This document shows, piece after piece, positions 13,401 to 27,814 of a DNA stretch of 64,000 nucleotides. The notes under the pieces were generated by a model. The model was not told where the DNA came from, did no database searches, and saw only the letters and a program-made list of their open reading frames with translations. The translations under genes and the position numbers were made by a program. Position 1 is the first letter of the stretch. The number at the start of each line of letters is the position of its first letter. The DNA is from Balanoglossus misakiensis (lineage: Eukaryota > Animalia > Hemichordata), in contig CM082583.2 of the NCBI GenBank assembly GCA_040954595.2, forward strand, positions 12,059,351 through 12,123,350, given 5' to 3'.

Positions 13401-16400
13401 AACGGACCGTGACCGTCGCCTCGATGAACGATGGCATGATCCATAACCATAGCAACGGACCATGACCATCACCTTCATCCGATGAACACTGACATAATAA
13501 ATCAGCGCGGAATGTAAGATACGGTTTGATTCTCACTCACTCTACCTCTTTCTAGGTGCAATCATGGAAGTAGTTACCGCCAAGGTGTTTGTAATTCATG
13601 TTTATCAACTGACGAACGCACGGGCGACAGGACTGTTCCACTCCGGTGACCCTCGAGTGACCTGCATCCGGGTACTCTTGTTTGATTGCGACAACTTTTA
13701 CGATAACTCATCGGTTTTGGATTCACAGGCGTCCAAGAGACTCTTCATGGCTGGCCCCCGTGCTCTACGGCCGCATTCCAAAAGAAAAATACTCGGATGC
13801 GGGCCACAAGAAGGTCGCGCAAAAATGGTTGGCTGGTATTTTTGATGCACTGGTGACTGGTCACCGGGTAAATTGTTCTCAGTTATTGCCATCCACGGAC
13901 ATGCCGTTTTCAACTCATGCTGATGGCTGAATATTTAAGCATAGGCTTAACTTTCATGACTTGGAATCTAAAATGGTGTGAAAAAGTACAGTTCCTAGGC
14001 ATTAATTTGCATATTATTGAGACCGTGCTAATCCGGCGTAGCCAGAGATAAGCACTTCTCTGATTTACCAACCATGATTTACTGTAAGTTAAATAGACCG
14101 ATGAAACAAACCAACAGAGTCTCTGTGTAATGAAGCGCACAAGTTCACGGTGGGGGAGAAACACGGATAATCGTGTCCTCAAAGGATTGTTTAAAATACA
14201 CAAGCCTGACACTTGCCGATGATTTGTGTGTACACTGAAATTAAACTGCCCAAATCTCCTTGCCTATCTGCGTGTAAATTTAGAAGAACATACTTATGCA
14301 CGGCATGCATAAACCGATCATTGCATGGTCAATTACAATTGAGCGCCCCTTGGCTCGTGGCTGAAAATAAACATCCAAACTGCGATTGCTGACCGAGTTT
14401 TCAACAGAGCACCGCCGACTGGCCGGCAAGGGACACATGAAGCGTATTTTTCTATAACACGCAGGGAATCTCAGCAAATGTGAAACAACTAGTGCAGGCG
14501 ACTTGGAGTCTAAATAGTTGTATGAGATGATTTGTGTGGATCATCTTCATACATAATTGGATATTCTACACGTCATAAATATCATTGCTAGGTTGAAATT
14601 TACTGTACTCTGAAAATGAACAAATACCTTCATTCACAGCTGACATCTGCCAATTTTGCGCGTCCTTTTCGTCCTTTCAAACTCAACGCTGTTTGGCAGA
14701 TTGAGCTGAAAATATAGACGACTAACGAAAGATACTTGCAATTCAGAACGCATGCAATCTATCGCATCTCCAGACATTACCTTGGACCGAGCAAGGACAA
14801 AGACGTTACTTCTAAACATCTACATGTAGATAACCCTAAGCCGCTCTACGCCGTGTAATAAGGTAATAAACAACGAGTTTTATTACACAATCTCCTGGAA
14901 TTATAACCAGCGATAAATGTGCAACTTGATGGCATCATGATTATGAAGTTTCGTTTTCCAGGCTGACATTTTTTCTCCCGGGTAGAGTTCTTTTTTCAAC
15001 CACCGTTCCGCAAGCGATATCATAAACTGAGCAACCCTCATGATTGCAACGGCTTATACGAGTTGACCGACGTTATCATGGGACATAAGTAAACGAGATA
15101 TTGGTTTTACCTCAGGTATTATTTTCGGGATTTTTGTTCTTTTTCTACTCCTTACAGCATTGAATACCCAGTATGCCGCTTGTCAACATAAACCATGTGA
15201 AGACCATTGTTATTGTTGAACGAGCTCATCGTCACGGGGAAAGTAGAATTTTAATGTGCACTTTATTAAACCGCGGTATGTGTTAAAGGGACAGGTCTGA
15301 CAGACACGACATACAGTAAAACACCAACTGTTGGCCACCTGATAGCGCTCTTGACAGGAGGAATGCATCGCCATGACTAGTTTGATTGATGGGGAACTGC
15401 AGTGTACAACCCCAACCGACTAAATGTCAACAGAAGTTATAGGTCCGCTGTTTCAAGTCACCACCTGCGTTTCTCAAACGGCAGAGACTCGGCAACACAC
15501 CCAAAAGCACGCCCCCTTCAATGCAACGCCCCAATCCCGTTGCCAGTCGGTTGGTCTCGGTTGTAGGCATGTGTGACAGCACCTTTCATCATTCGGGAAA
15601 TTGTCGTCAATGACGTCTGGCAATATTTGCTGCGGCAACAGTAACGTAAGAGGGATTACAACCGAGAAAGATGGAAAACACACGCGACAACCTGGAACAA
15701 CTGTAGCGAGGCGACTTGTCAGTGACAGATGGGGTGGTTTACACAAGGAACCGTACTTTGCTCATGACATGGTTGACAAGTATCAGCGGCAACATCAAGA
15801 GCCGAGGACAGTCCGACCGTGCGGGTCTCAGATTCCATCCGAAGTCATTGGCATTTTATTATATGAGATTTATTATTTCCAGACTTAAATTGGGGGACAC
15901 ATCAGGAACCTCGTGTATATAAAGCAGAACGGCGTCAGCCATAATTCCAACGCTCGCCGCTAACGTTGAGAACTCCAATGTACAGTGCAAAAACGAAATA
16001 AAACGCAGACCGCCTGAGGTGACGCTATGCACCGGAGTTCTCGATGTGTCTTTGGCCTGTCAGTTATTTGGATTTATGCTCTATCCCAGACAAGTGGCAG
16101 TGTAATAAATTTGTTGTATAGAAATTGTACAAAATGATTGTGAACATTGACAAAGAAAACACTGGTGGTTTTACTCACATTTTTGTAAGGGACCAACTTG
16201 AACACTTGCAATTTTTCACGTTGTGCGCAGTTACTCAAGAGATGTCGAAGGTATGACACATTATTAAAGACGGCAAATTATTTCATGGCCACTGAAAGCC
16301 TCAGTGTTTGACATTCTTTCAAATCTTTACATGTCACTCTCAATAATTGCTAATCGAGCAAGAGGTCATAGTTTAGGGCAGAGGTCATGTAAGGTTGAAA

Positions 16401-18203
16401 CTTTAGAACAGTAATTATGTAATCCCTGGAATGCATCAATCTCTAAATATATTACTTTTTCCTGAATCCCTAATGTATATATGGTGAATATATTATTAGA
16501 CCAAGAAAGTTGCGATTAAAGATATGTTGTTACTAACCTCACCAAGCTACAGTAACGCGATCACTGCAACACCTTGGACCTCTGAAGAACACGACTTCAA
16601 CAAAGAAAGAACACGATCTTACAAGCCTCGCTTACTTACTGGACTGTAAATAAGACCACTGGCCTTGTTCAATACACGCGTGAAAAGCCACACTTCAGTG
16701 TTTGTTGTACGAGTAATTTAAGAACCAGCACGTCAGAACCAATTCAACATTTTATCGACAGAACGAAAAAACGACAAACATCTGGTCCTATTTTGATTTC
16801 AAAAGAATGCGGTTTTTTTTCAATTACTACCGTCACTCGAAAAGGATCCCCGCTCTTTACGTCAGCGCAGTATTGTCTCTTAGTACGCATTTCACAAATA
16901 TTTGGTGGGTGCGTGACTCGAGTGTGTAGCTTGTAGCAATGTCTGTTTAATACCACTGTAATTACATCGGTCGACTGATATCTACTCGAGGCCAGTTTCG
17001 CATGCGGTTGCAGTAAGGGAGTAAAGTATTTACCGTTTAATCTTACCGTTTGGATGAAGAATGCAATAGCTTCACCGAAGAAAAGTTCTTTTCAGGCCAT
17101 CTTTTATAGTTCTGTCCTAAAACTTTTTTCCGTACAAAGAGTTGGGAACCGAAGCAGAAAAGGGAAATTGGCAACTGCAGCCTCTAGAGGTCGCTGTTGT
17201 CGAACCGACTACAAACTGGCGTCCGATTTGTTTCAGTCAAATTCTTTTTTCCATTTACATGATTAACATGTCGTGAGGACACGATATTTAGTCTGATTTT
17301 GGTTCCCAACAACAAATGTATAGTTTTATGGAAGCGCATTAATTATAAATCTGTGTCTGTCGATATACACATACCTTGTAGGAACATCGGATTAAACAGA
17401 TAATAGCGTCATCGGAAGCTTCACTCCCTTTTTTTCCAAACAAGGTCGACCAAACGTTCGATGTTCATGGTGAATATATGGACGTGGTGTTCAGGACCGC
17501 GTATGCAGCGTCACTGTCCGGCATCGCTTAATTCACCACGGTCACTTCACACACCGTGGTTTCGCTATGTTGTCCGTCTGACAGTAAAATTAATCCAAGA
17601 TCCGACGTGGTGCGCTGTGAGATCACACGGGAAGCTCATGAATATTTCATGGCCGAGCCACTGTTTTGAACTGCACGGTGAGTTCGGCTGTGTGACCGCG
17701 TTAAGGGTGAAACAATCTGCCAGCGCAGTCAGTCAAAACAGGACTGCAGAGGTATCTTGAAAAAACGAGTCTCAAACCAGATTTTGCGACACCCCGTTCA
17801 CACTGAAATCTCTTGCAAACTTGGCCACTCGTTTATACGCCTGTAGCAGATCGACGCGAGATCAAAAGTTAAAGTCCGGATAAGATGGCGAAGTGTGGTG
17901 AGCAAAACGTCTGTTGTCCTGTAACAGTACACCTCGTATAATGTTATAAGTTCATTCTAGTGGAACCAGTACAAAGCAGGTCATTATTGCTTTATTTGCG
18001 GACTGCAAGAATGTCTCCAAGACGGGCTTTGCGCATATTGTTTTGACCCGTGCCCTACGTGACGTATCTCTTGCAAGAGACATCCGCTAACAGACAAATA
18101 ACCATATTCAGGATTCTTACAAACCACGTCGGCGTTACTTTTTACCTAGAAATAATAAAAGTTGCGTTTTCTACGAATTCGGCTACTTAATTGGAATAGA
18201 TCT

Positions 18204-18794
18204 TGTTACGTAGGAGAAGTTTTTCTATTGTTTTCGTGGCCAGGTGCACCTATGTTTATTTCTTTATTTAACATATTAGCGTGACCAGGTGTTAGTTTTT
18301 GGTCGTGTAAAAACCATCCAGTGCCACGTTGTCGTGTGACTCATTTTGATTCTGGTCTGGTAGCTGTGCCGTCGCCTTGGAGGAGTTTTGGGAGCCCACC
18401 GTACGGAGTTTGCCTGTCGACTGTGGTAGCTGAAGATTGAAACTGCCGAAGGGACTTGGTGAAGCCGTGGTGGATGTTTCCGAGGACGCCGCGTGGAATT
18501 TGGGAGCTGTCCTGACGGAGCGCGTCTCCGTGTGACTGTGGAACTGTATTTAAGGTAATACGTGGCTGTCTTTTGTACGCTGGCGTTAAACGGACAGAAA
18601 GGCCAGAATTATTGTGCGTCGAGTGAAAGGCCAGTATCTCTTGCGTCGATTCACCGAAGTGTTTGAGACTTTGAACTTGTTAGGAATTTTGTTTTGGTCA
18701 CCTGGTCATGCTCGAGTTTAGTTTGTAGTTTATTTTTTTATATTAGTTAACATAGTGTGAATATTTTGGCTTGGACGGCCTGCGGGTCGTAACA
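18204..18794 (-). mobile_element. Probable solo LTR of an LTR retrotransposon (591 bp)
   Basis: Starts TGTTACG and ends CGTAACA (TG..CA termini, perfect 7-bp inverted repeat). Flanks are ATCT / ATTT, a 3/4 match to a 4-bp target-site duplication. AATAAA motifs lie on the minus strand near 18255-18270. Confidence 0.65.
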
Positions 18795-21700
18795 ATTTTT
18801 TGTCGCAAAAAAATTCCGTTCTTCATTGGCATGCTTTGATTTTAAAACGATTGCAATCACATTTGCAATTCAATTTTTTCCCTCTTGAGAAATGCTTGAC
18901 GAAAACTTAACACTCTTCTCATCATTATTGCCGGGAAGGTGCTAGTGGCCGAAGGAGATTTTGTTCGAACTGAACACAATCAGGCGCACCTGTCAATTAT
19001 CTAATTGCCGGATATCGTCACCTTTACAGAAAGAGAACGTTTCAATGTGTTTTGTTGACAATTGACACGTCTGCTCAATACCGTGGCGATAATAGCGCTC
19101 GACAACAACAATGCAAGTCGTATGAATGCAGCATTCACCAGTAACGTGCCCACCGTTTTGTCAAAGCGATTTGTTTACCCCATCCGAGATTCACGCGAGA
19201 CAACACTTGGGTATTCAGTTGCACTAAACGCGCCACAAAATCTTCTATTTACATGAAAACTCTCACCTGCCCCCGAGGTCTCTTTAAATAATGTTTTATT
19301 TGCCGACTTCGGCCAACCGACTTATGATGATACCTAATGACTATTCTTCGCACGTTCCATACATGTTTCTCTACCGTCAACCCAATTATCGTCATTTCAG
19401 CAAATCACGTTCCTGTTCTCAAATTAAAAGTTCTGTAATCCGCGGAGAATCTTTCGCTATTAATCACGCCGTGAGAGGGTACGCTGTCTACTCGATTCCC
19501 AGAATGCTCTACGGTAAAGCGCTCCCATTATCGAAAATTGCCACGCTGTAGTCCCATGATGTCGCTCGTCTCCCAAGTAACAATTTCATGTAACGATGCC
19601 ACAGAGAGAAAGAGCTGAATACTATCATGTAACTTATTTAACGTTGATTTGGTGCCTTGTGACCATAACAGACCTTTAGGTTGTCTAATTGGTAAAACGA
19701 TCCGGTTACTTTTTGTTCGCTTCGATACATAACAACTATTGGATGTTAACATGTCCATATGGCGTCGGTTCACATTCTTTTTCAATAATGCTACCACATT
19801 ATGTATTTTTGGTCTTGTGTTTTGTCAATTTTGTGTCTTTTTCTCTGGGTACATCGCTTCAGCTGAAGGCGACACAGAGGTTATTGTGCAGTGTAACCAT
19901 TGGCTAGACGACTGTTGTTTAAATTCAATTAAACACGCAGAAGTAATGTTTAAACTTTGACAGCCGTAGCCTAATTGTTGTATACGTGTATATTTACAGT
20001 CAGCAGTAATGACCCCCCCCCCCCTCCTCCCACACACACACTGGAGAAAAGTGCCGGCAACAACCAACTCGCTTTAAAGAACGCTTAGTACAAATTGGCA
20101 TCTTCCTATATATTTTTAATATCTCGACGACCCGTTTTCCTCTTCTAAGTGGAAGATAGAAACAAATCACGTGACGTCCGACCGGGATCGGATATTGGTC
20201 ACTGAAATGTTTCCGTTTCTCAAGAGATTACAAGTTCTGTGACGCATCAGGGAAGCGACATAAATGGATGCTAAAATGCAAATTTCCGTCGATTCGACGA
20301 TGTCTTTTTGCGATACAGGAAGCACTCATTTCTCTTTTTTCCTTCCTGTTTTAAACAGAGAGCTGTTCCGAGAAATTATTCTCACGACAAAAAAGGACCG
20401 ATTGGCGCAATGTTGACAGCAAGCCGGGTCTGAATTGTAAGCTTTGAATAATCTCTGATATGCTTTTAATTCTGTCTATTAATTCGTGACCAGTCCAGCT
20501 ACGGAATGCCTTACCAGGCGTTGTCATAAGATTCTAGGGCGAGAGTTCATATAAGAATCAGACAAAATCAGAAGAGCTCATCCGAATATGAACACATCTT
20601 GGAAATATCAGTAGCTTATCTTAGAAAATGAAACCATCATTGACACCTACGCCGAGGGGTAGTCATGATCATAGCGGCGCGATGGGAATCTTGTTTACAA
20701 ATTTTAGCACACACGACACTGTTCACAAAGCAAATTGTTTCGGGCTACTCCTTATAATCTTTAATCCACCAGAACAATAATCCCTTTTTACTATTTTCAT
20801 CCTAAAGATAAGTTTTTTTCCTTGGGTAGCGAAAGCAAGAATTTCAGAGAAACCCTAGCAACAGTTGTTGCAGCTAAATTTGAACGCAATGCTTGTGGTT
20901 CCCAACAGCATTTAATTTCTTGGAGGCACTCGTAATTATAGTATTCAATCCGTGACTGCACTGATGCGAATTTGCCACGTTCGTCAGTTCCTGACCTACA
21001 CGTTGCTCGAGGATGGTTAATTTGGAGAGAGTTCCAACAGACCATGGCTCAATCGAGTTTTTTTTGTCGCGGTAAACTGTCACATTATTGCTCTAAGGAA
21101 CGAGTAACGTTGTCAAGATAAAGCCATGCCGTACATATACTCATTGGGCATGAACAGGAGCACAGCTTCGGGTTTCACTTTTGTGATATTGTTTGTTGTC
21201 GACATGAAACTACACTAAGATGATTGTATTCATTGATTACCACGCCAAAAGTCGAGACTAGAGTTTGATTGAAATAGTGGACTTTGCTAGATAATATTCA
21301 AGATGCATACCCGAATTCTTATGAGCTTGATCACCGTCTTATCACGTTGCAAATGTTTTCTGTAGTACGAAAACACGTGATTCGTGCCCAAGAGCACGAA
21401 ACAGGTTTCAATGTCACACATCAACTGAGAGATTGTTGAATCTTGACCCCCCCCCCCCCCCTGAAATCCGCGAACATCTGTTCGCGAAGGCCGCCGATTC
21501 AGGAGAGACAACGCGCAGTTTCAAGGGGGAATTGTTGACGTAATCACAGATGTTCACTAGTTTCTGTTCAACCCTATCCACTTAGAGTAAGCCCGGCAAT
21601 TAGAACAAGGACCCTGTTCACATGAAAATCATTTGCCACTTATGTTAACAATCGTACCTGCAATTGCGTGTCCATGAACGCCTTAACACCGATAATTGAA

Positions 21701-23056
21701 CAACTTGACTCGGACAGATAAATTGTTTATCACCGTGCATGCAGTACTACTTGAAACAGTATATGCGGCCCTGTCTTCTCAAGTTTGGAACTCGCCCCAA
21801 AAGGGCGAAATTCAATCGTTGTGTGACCCGCCCTTCGTCGACCGGTGATCACGTGGTCTCAACTTTTGGGGTAAAACAAAGAATCAGAATGGCACATATA
21901 AGTTTTTTTTCACACAATTTCGTGCGTTGGTGGAATTATGTACAATGTATGTGTCGGTTTTGCGAACCTTACCTGCAAAATTGGCTTCCTTTAAACAGGA
22001 CGGACTGCAGTAGTACACAACTGCGTCAGTCGATATCACTCAGGAATGACGCGATATACTTTCTGCCAGCAGGCGATCTCAAACATCAGACGGTTGCTTT
22101 TCTCAGCCGCGCGAACGAGTGTCCCTGGTCTTATCCTCTTAATGGAACCCAACCACGTGGGCCGTATTTATCCTTTGAGTAACCATGGCGACAGCTAACC
22201 CAAAAAATTGCTCTTAAAATACGTCTCGTTCGGCAGAAAAGATTCGAGTTTCTAAAAAGCAGCTGTTCGAGCAGTTTAGATTAGCGAAGATTAGCGTTAT
22301 TTCAAGCTGAAAACGACGATGGAAAAGAGCCTTATCCCGCACACGTCGCTTGATAGAAAACGTCTGCTTACTACACTTTTACAGCAAGTCCGAAGATAAC
22401 GCCATGTCAATCTTAAGAGTTCTCGAGGAGTTTGTCAATGCTAAGCGCTCCTTCCGATAAAAAACAAGTCTCTGAACACGCGATGTACGCACGTAATGAA
22501 AACCCAAGCTAGGTCAAAGAATCTGATGACGTTTAACAATGTCCACGCATCACTTAGGATCATACGGAGTCGAATACAGGATTTTACCCATCAGCCTTTC
22601 AAATAAAACATCACCCCCCGTCGACCACACGCTGGTAACTGTCAGTCTTACTACATTACAAATCATGCTAACAATTATCTAGGCATAGCTTTTTTCTCCA
22701 TCGTGGATGTACACAAGTAAAGCGTATTGTCACTATCCGATTTCAGCTCGCGATAATGAGCGCCTATATTTATGCGCGGTATTGAAAATTGATTCCCTCA
22801 TCAACTTGTGAACTTTCCCCCTGTCCCTTGATCTTACACGTCGCTTAACAAGCTGTTTTTAGATGCAGTAGGATAGACTTGTTTTGTGAGCGCTGGCTCT
22901 ATGGTACAACCTGCATGGCAGATAGGGACAGTGTGAAACATTTATTTTTCGAGCTATTTTATCGCTTAAAATTCCGAGGAAAACGTTATGCTATTTTTGT
23001 GTGTACCTTCATAAAGAGCTAGATAACCACCACATTCATCCGTTAACCAGAAAAAC

Positions 23057-23105
23057 TCAACCAACCAACCAACAAACAAACAAACAAACAAACAAACAAC
23101 CAAAC
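23057..23105. repeat. (AACC)n(AAAC)n microsatellite
   Basis: caaccaaccaaccaacaaacaaacaaac run. Confidence 0.85.
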
Positions 23106-24857
23106 TTAACTGTCGAGCGATCACAACAAAACCCAGTCATCAACCAACTGACTCAATAACCAATATCTAATCATGAAATGGACAGAGTGTATATTTCTCG
23201 GTAGACATCAGATCGCCGTGGAACGACTTTCCTTACAATTTACCTTGACAACATGCGTACTCGCTCCCGAAAGCCCTGCAATTTTCTTAATTGTACAGGC
23301 CTTCGTAGTTCGCGTATCATACCCTATTGAAATCGCCCATCAGCCTCCAAGAATTCTTCGGCTACTTCAAAGTGTACTGACAGCACTATGCCGTGCACTG
23401 TGGTTGCACGTTTTCATTTTAGCCGAGAGGGCCGTTTCATCTCTGTACGTCTAGTAATAGTCTATTTTAAAGGAATCAGCGTTGAAAACAGTATACGTAT
23501 CTCTGATGACGCAACCCGCACCGAGCACTTTGAGTATTAAGCAGAATTCTTCCACGAATAATAGGAATATTACATTTAGTAACGTGACTATTTCGTTCAG
23601 ACTCAACAAAAAAAATATACTTGCCACTGGTCCTCTTCGAACAAGCATGCGTATCCATCGGAATTAAAAATTAATGTAATCGTCATGTCATAGACTGCAC
23701 CAACACTGCCAAAACCGCGACGGGATAATCGCATAGATACGTTGTCGTAGAAACGGATGAGTGAAATGGTTTACAGTGGTTTTTACTCAACCAAAGACTC
23801 GGGCTACTTTGATTCCGATGTTTTTCACAATCTTATCTTGCTCGCGCCTGCAGGCGATGCACTTCTTGATCATCAACACGGTCCTGTTGGCATGGCAACA
23901 TACAATTGAATACAGAATATTTATGTATGTTTGTGTCTTTATCCAGCCACACAGAGTTGACAGATATCCACTGCTCCCCCCCCCCCCCGCGACTGATCCC
24001 GACAGACGCAGGATTTGCACGCTTAGTTATACACGTTTTAGTTGGCTTGCCTTGGTTCAGGGTGGCAAATCTGGATTATAAGATATCACAGGAATCAACA
24101 ATATATAACAATTGTCGTTACACACATACAGGCTATTTTGACCAGCGAAGTACTGGGTACACTAGCATGCTGTTTGGAGTAGAACAAGATAATGCCTGTC
24201 AAAGTTTACTTGATGAAAGTTAGCCTGTATTTTTTAAATTCTACTTAAAATACGGAAAATGATTACACGGATGGCATGATTCCTGTCATTTATTTCAAAT
24301 TGTATTTCACAAGGCGGTTCTCCACCACAAATTGACCTTTCACGGAATCTTGAAATTATTCATCAATTGCCCATCTGGCAAAGGAGGTTGCCATGCCAAC
24401 TTACCCTTCAATTTGCCAAGAAGCCTCCAAGCAGCAATCTCTACAAAAGTGCACCCTTCACTAAAGAAATACACGAGGACAACTGTCTCTTTCTCTCTCC
24501 CCCGGGCCGCTCCCCCTCTCCCTCTCCCCCTCTCTCGTTTCATTCGCCGAGCGCTAACAACATTCATTGCATGTTGCGCTAACATACAGTTAGACAGAAA
24601 AAATTACATGCGTGGACATATAACCTTGTATGTCTGGAAAAAAACATCTGCCAGGGGGATATGCCCTTTTTCGTTTAATACAAAAGAAAACAGGCAACAT
24701 GGTTGAGAAGGTATCTGTGATGTGTGCAGAGATTAGACTCGAAATTAATTTTCCTCTTGGCCATATGGTCCAATTATAGAACAATATGTTGATTTTGTGT
24801 CAACAGCACGCTTGGCATGTAAAACAACCTGGCTGTAATTATCTCTATAGAACTGAC

Positions 24858-24956
24858 CTCTTCTACAAGCCTGCATGGCAGTGGTATGTAGGCACCACTG
24901 AACACATATGCCATGTCTTTTGGTACTTTAACATCATAGTCCTCTATCCTGGGAAT
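24858..24956 (-). pseudogene. VPS33B: Isolated exon of a VPS33B-like (Sec1/Munc18 family) gene; gene fragment or probable pseudogene
   Basis: Translation [33 protein letters not shown] closely matches the VPS33B segment I recall ([34 protein letters not shown]). It is bounded by an AG acceptor and a GAG|GTCAGT donor. No other intact VPS33B exon was recognised in the window. Confidence 0.7.
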
Positions 24957-26435
24957 CTCTGAACAGATCAGAATGCCAGAGTTCAGCAAGTTTTCAAGAA
25001 TTCTTGCTTTTAAAATTTAGTTCATAAATGTATCTGACCTTTTCGTGTACCAGTAGTTTTCCAGGAATATTCAAGAAGTTGCTTTCACAAAGCTACTTGT
25101 GGAGACTTCAATACATCTGGTTGCTATGGCCACTCACAGGTCAAACAACACTGACACCATAACGCTCTGTTGGACTCTTGTAAACAATTAGAACATATCC
25201 CCAGGGAGCATTCAAGGAAAAACTGTATCTTTCTGCTTTTTTTTAAAAACACATTATCAAACAGACTTCATTAAAGCCCACCCATAATATTTCCTATTTA
25301 CTAGCAGTAATCTTTGTTTGTAAGGTGATAAATATTCCCAGTTTTTTTTTTCTTTGAGGTTGTTGAACTGTTGCTAGTTTACATGCTGCTAACAGTATAT
25401 AAATATGTAACATTATACTATAAAGTACATTCTGAGATCAAAGTTGAAATATTTTTCAATCGTCCGTGTTGTAGATCATTAAGCAAGGCCAAGCTATCAA
25501 TTACAGGGCAATTTAAGCAATATATAGCATGGGAAAAATACAATCTAATTTTGTAAATATTCCAAAAATAGAAAGTTGAGATTGATATCGAGTTTTCAGC
25601 TGAGAGCATAAGCCTCTTTGATTTTTGTCCTCCTGTCAACATTGCGTGAAATTACAGTCTCTTGATATTATCTAGGTAGTTGCGTCCAGGCCTGTGTTCC
25701 TCTTTTAACATGGCAGAATACTAGTAATACCTTACAATGGATTGATTTTATAAAAAAAAAAGGTTCTATTTTGGCACTGTCATTGAAAAACAGTCAGCAG
25801 ACAATGGACACTGTTTGGATATTGGACTCCAGAGGGCGATACTCATCAAAGCATTGACTAGATATCAATGCTGCGCTGCAATCATTATTGGAACGATAAC
25901 TTAGAGAGATGAAAGTCAGGTGTAGACTCGGAGTTGGCTCGATCTTTACAATCTGTTCTGTTCTCGGTTGTCCGCCGCTATACATCCAAGCTCAGAACAG
26001 CAAAGAACTAACTTTTACATCTGATTTTAATCAGATTGGGTCTCATGTACAGAAATTGGCAACAACAAAGCAAAGGCAGACCAGTGTTGGCACCTTTTGA
26101 CATTTGCAACAGACATATCCTGGGTGAAACGGACAACAACATGCCATGTTCAGACATATAAAATACGTGTACATGTATATCTCTGAAATGAGCACAAAAT
26201 TGGCAAGAGCACATGCAGTTGTTCACACTGATGGATCATTACCCAAGCACCATGCTGTGCTCTGCTCCTAATTGGAAAACTGGTCAAAGGAAGGTTAAAG
26301 TGATATCTAAGGATTCATCATGCACATCAGTTTATAATATTGGCAAGATTCCAAACGAGCAGTACTACCCAAGCAAAATGTAACTGTTCCAATGTTTTAC
26401 TACGGATTTTCGGCTCCTGCTATTTCGAAAAAAAA

Positions 26436-26463
26436 ATCTCCATGGCAACCGTTGCCTAGTAAT
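26436..26463. promoter_or_regulatory. Adjacent pair of RFX X-box-like motifs
   Basis: ATCTCCATGGCAAC, one base, then GTTGCCTAGTAAT; both carry the GGCAAC/GTTGCC half-site. Motif match only. Confidence 0.35.
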
Positions 26464-27814
26464 TTGAATCCTTCGACATCGCCTCAAGCAAGAAGCCACA
26501 CTGCGATGATCACCGAGGCAGCCCAGCTGCCGTGACCATTTCTAGTTTTGATACAGCAATTAATGTTGGGCGATTGTCCTGTTCGGCAAATGAAACGTGA
26601 TGTGCGCGAAGGATTTCGACTGTTTTAATCCAATCTCTCTGTGCACTACTCCAACCGTCTTGGCAGGGTAGCAGTTAATTTGGCAGAGCAGCAAAGGCAC
26701 TTCTCAGAAACCCCAGAAACTGAGAACGGAATAACAGTATAGAGCTCAATGATGGTTGCAGTAATAGCCTTGGCGAAATCCAACAATTACTTGGAAATTG
26801 TCTGTAGGCTCTGCAATGTGTGTATGACAACAATATATGACAAGACACTATTAGCACAACAAAACTTTTATTACAACATAAACAATGCTGGTACATCGCT
26901 GTTAAATTTGACTCCACATGTGAATACATGGACATCCATGTGTATACATCATATTTATCAAAACGTTACTTCATTTTTTTTGGGTGCAAAATACACTTGT
27001 CTTTATAAGCACACTGGCCAATCGACTTTTTACATTAATTTTGAATCCAACCCTAGTGCAGTAATTCACACAGCAAACAAATTTCATTGAGAAATGGTTA
27101 ACCGTTTTGTGCAACCTCGGCTTCTCCTACCAATATATGTACAATTTCTACCACATGAAGAGAATGAAGATCACTTATAAATCTACAATTCAGCGCAGCA
27201 CACAGAACACACAGTCAATTCGTGAAACAGAAAGACCAGTAAATGATGCCAGATATTTCGACAATAATATAATTATAAGAGCCATATAGTTCCCCACATA
27301 TGGCACCCTCTATACATGTATATCAATTAACCCACTATATATCAATCTACATGAGTAATGCTATCAATTTGACTATAGTGAATGATAGACACCTGGCGTT
27401 TAATGGCATCATAATTATTAATACCAACACAATATATCTATAAGTAAAATACAGCAAAGTAGTCTTACTAATTGTGCGTGAAATGACACTCTTGGCTTGT
27501 GAATGTGATAAGAATAAGATCAAGTTAGCTAACTATTATAAATATTCTTAAAAATAATACAATTATACAATTCGTGTAATATATTGCAATACAATCGGAT
27601 CAGTAATTAGATTTAAATGCACTACAATGTGATGCAATACAAGACTATACAAAATGCAATGATGAACTAAACATGTCGTTACTAGTTTACGTAGCTATAG
27701 TAATAAAGTAGTTTGAATTTAGTCGAAGTCTCCGTCTCCATCATAGTCAAGATTCCGTTTACCCCACAAACAATTCGCTCACAGAATATGCAAATTAGAG
27801 GTGACTGTATTCCT

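Noticed and set aside
5700-24500. Numerous 60-150 aa ORFs in the SK upstream region
   Set aside because: No recognisable domains or consistent splice structure; compatible with chance ORFs in non-coding DNA.
26730-26811. Possible LINE reverse-transcriptase relic (TDNFQVIVGFRQG, frameshift, LLQPSL) on the minus strand
   Set aside because: Resembles the GVRQGCxLSP motif but is too short and degenerate to support without a search.
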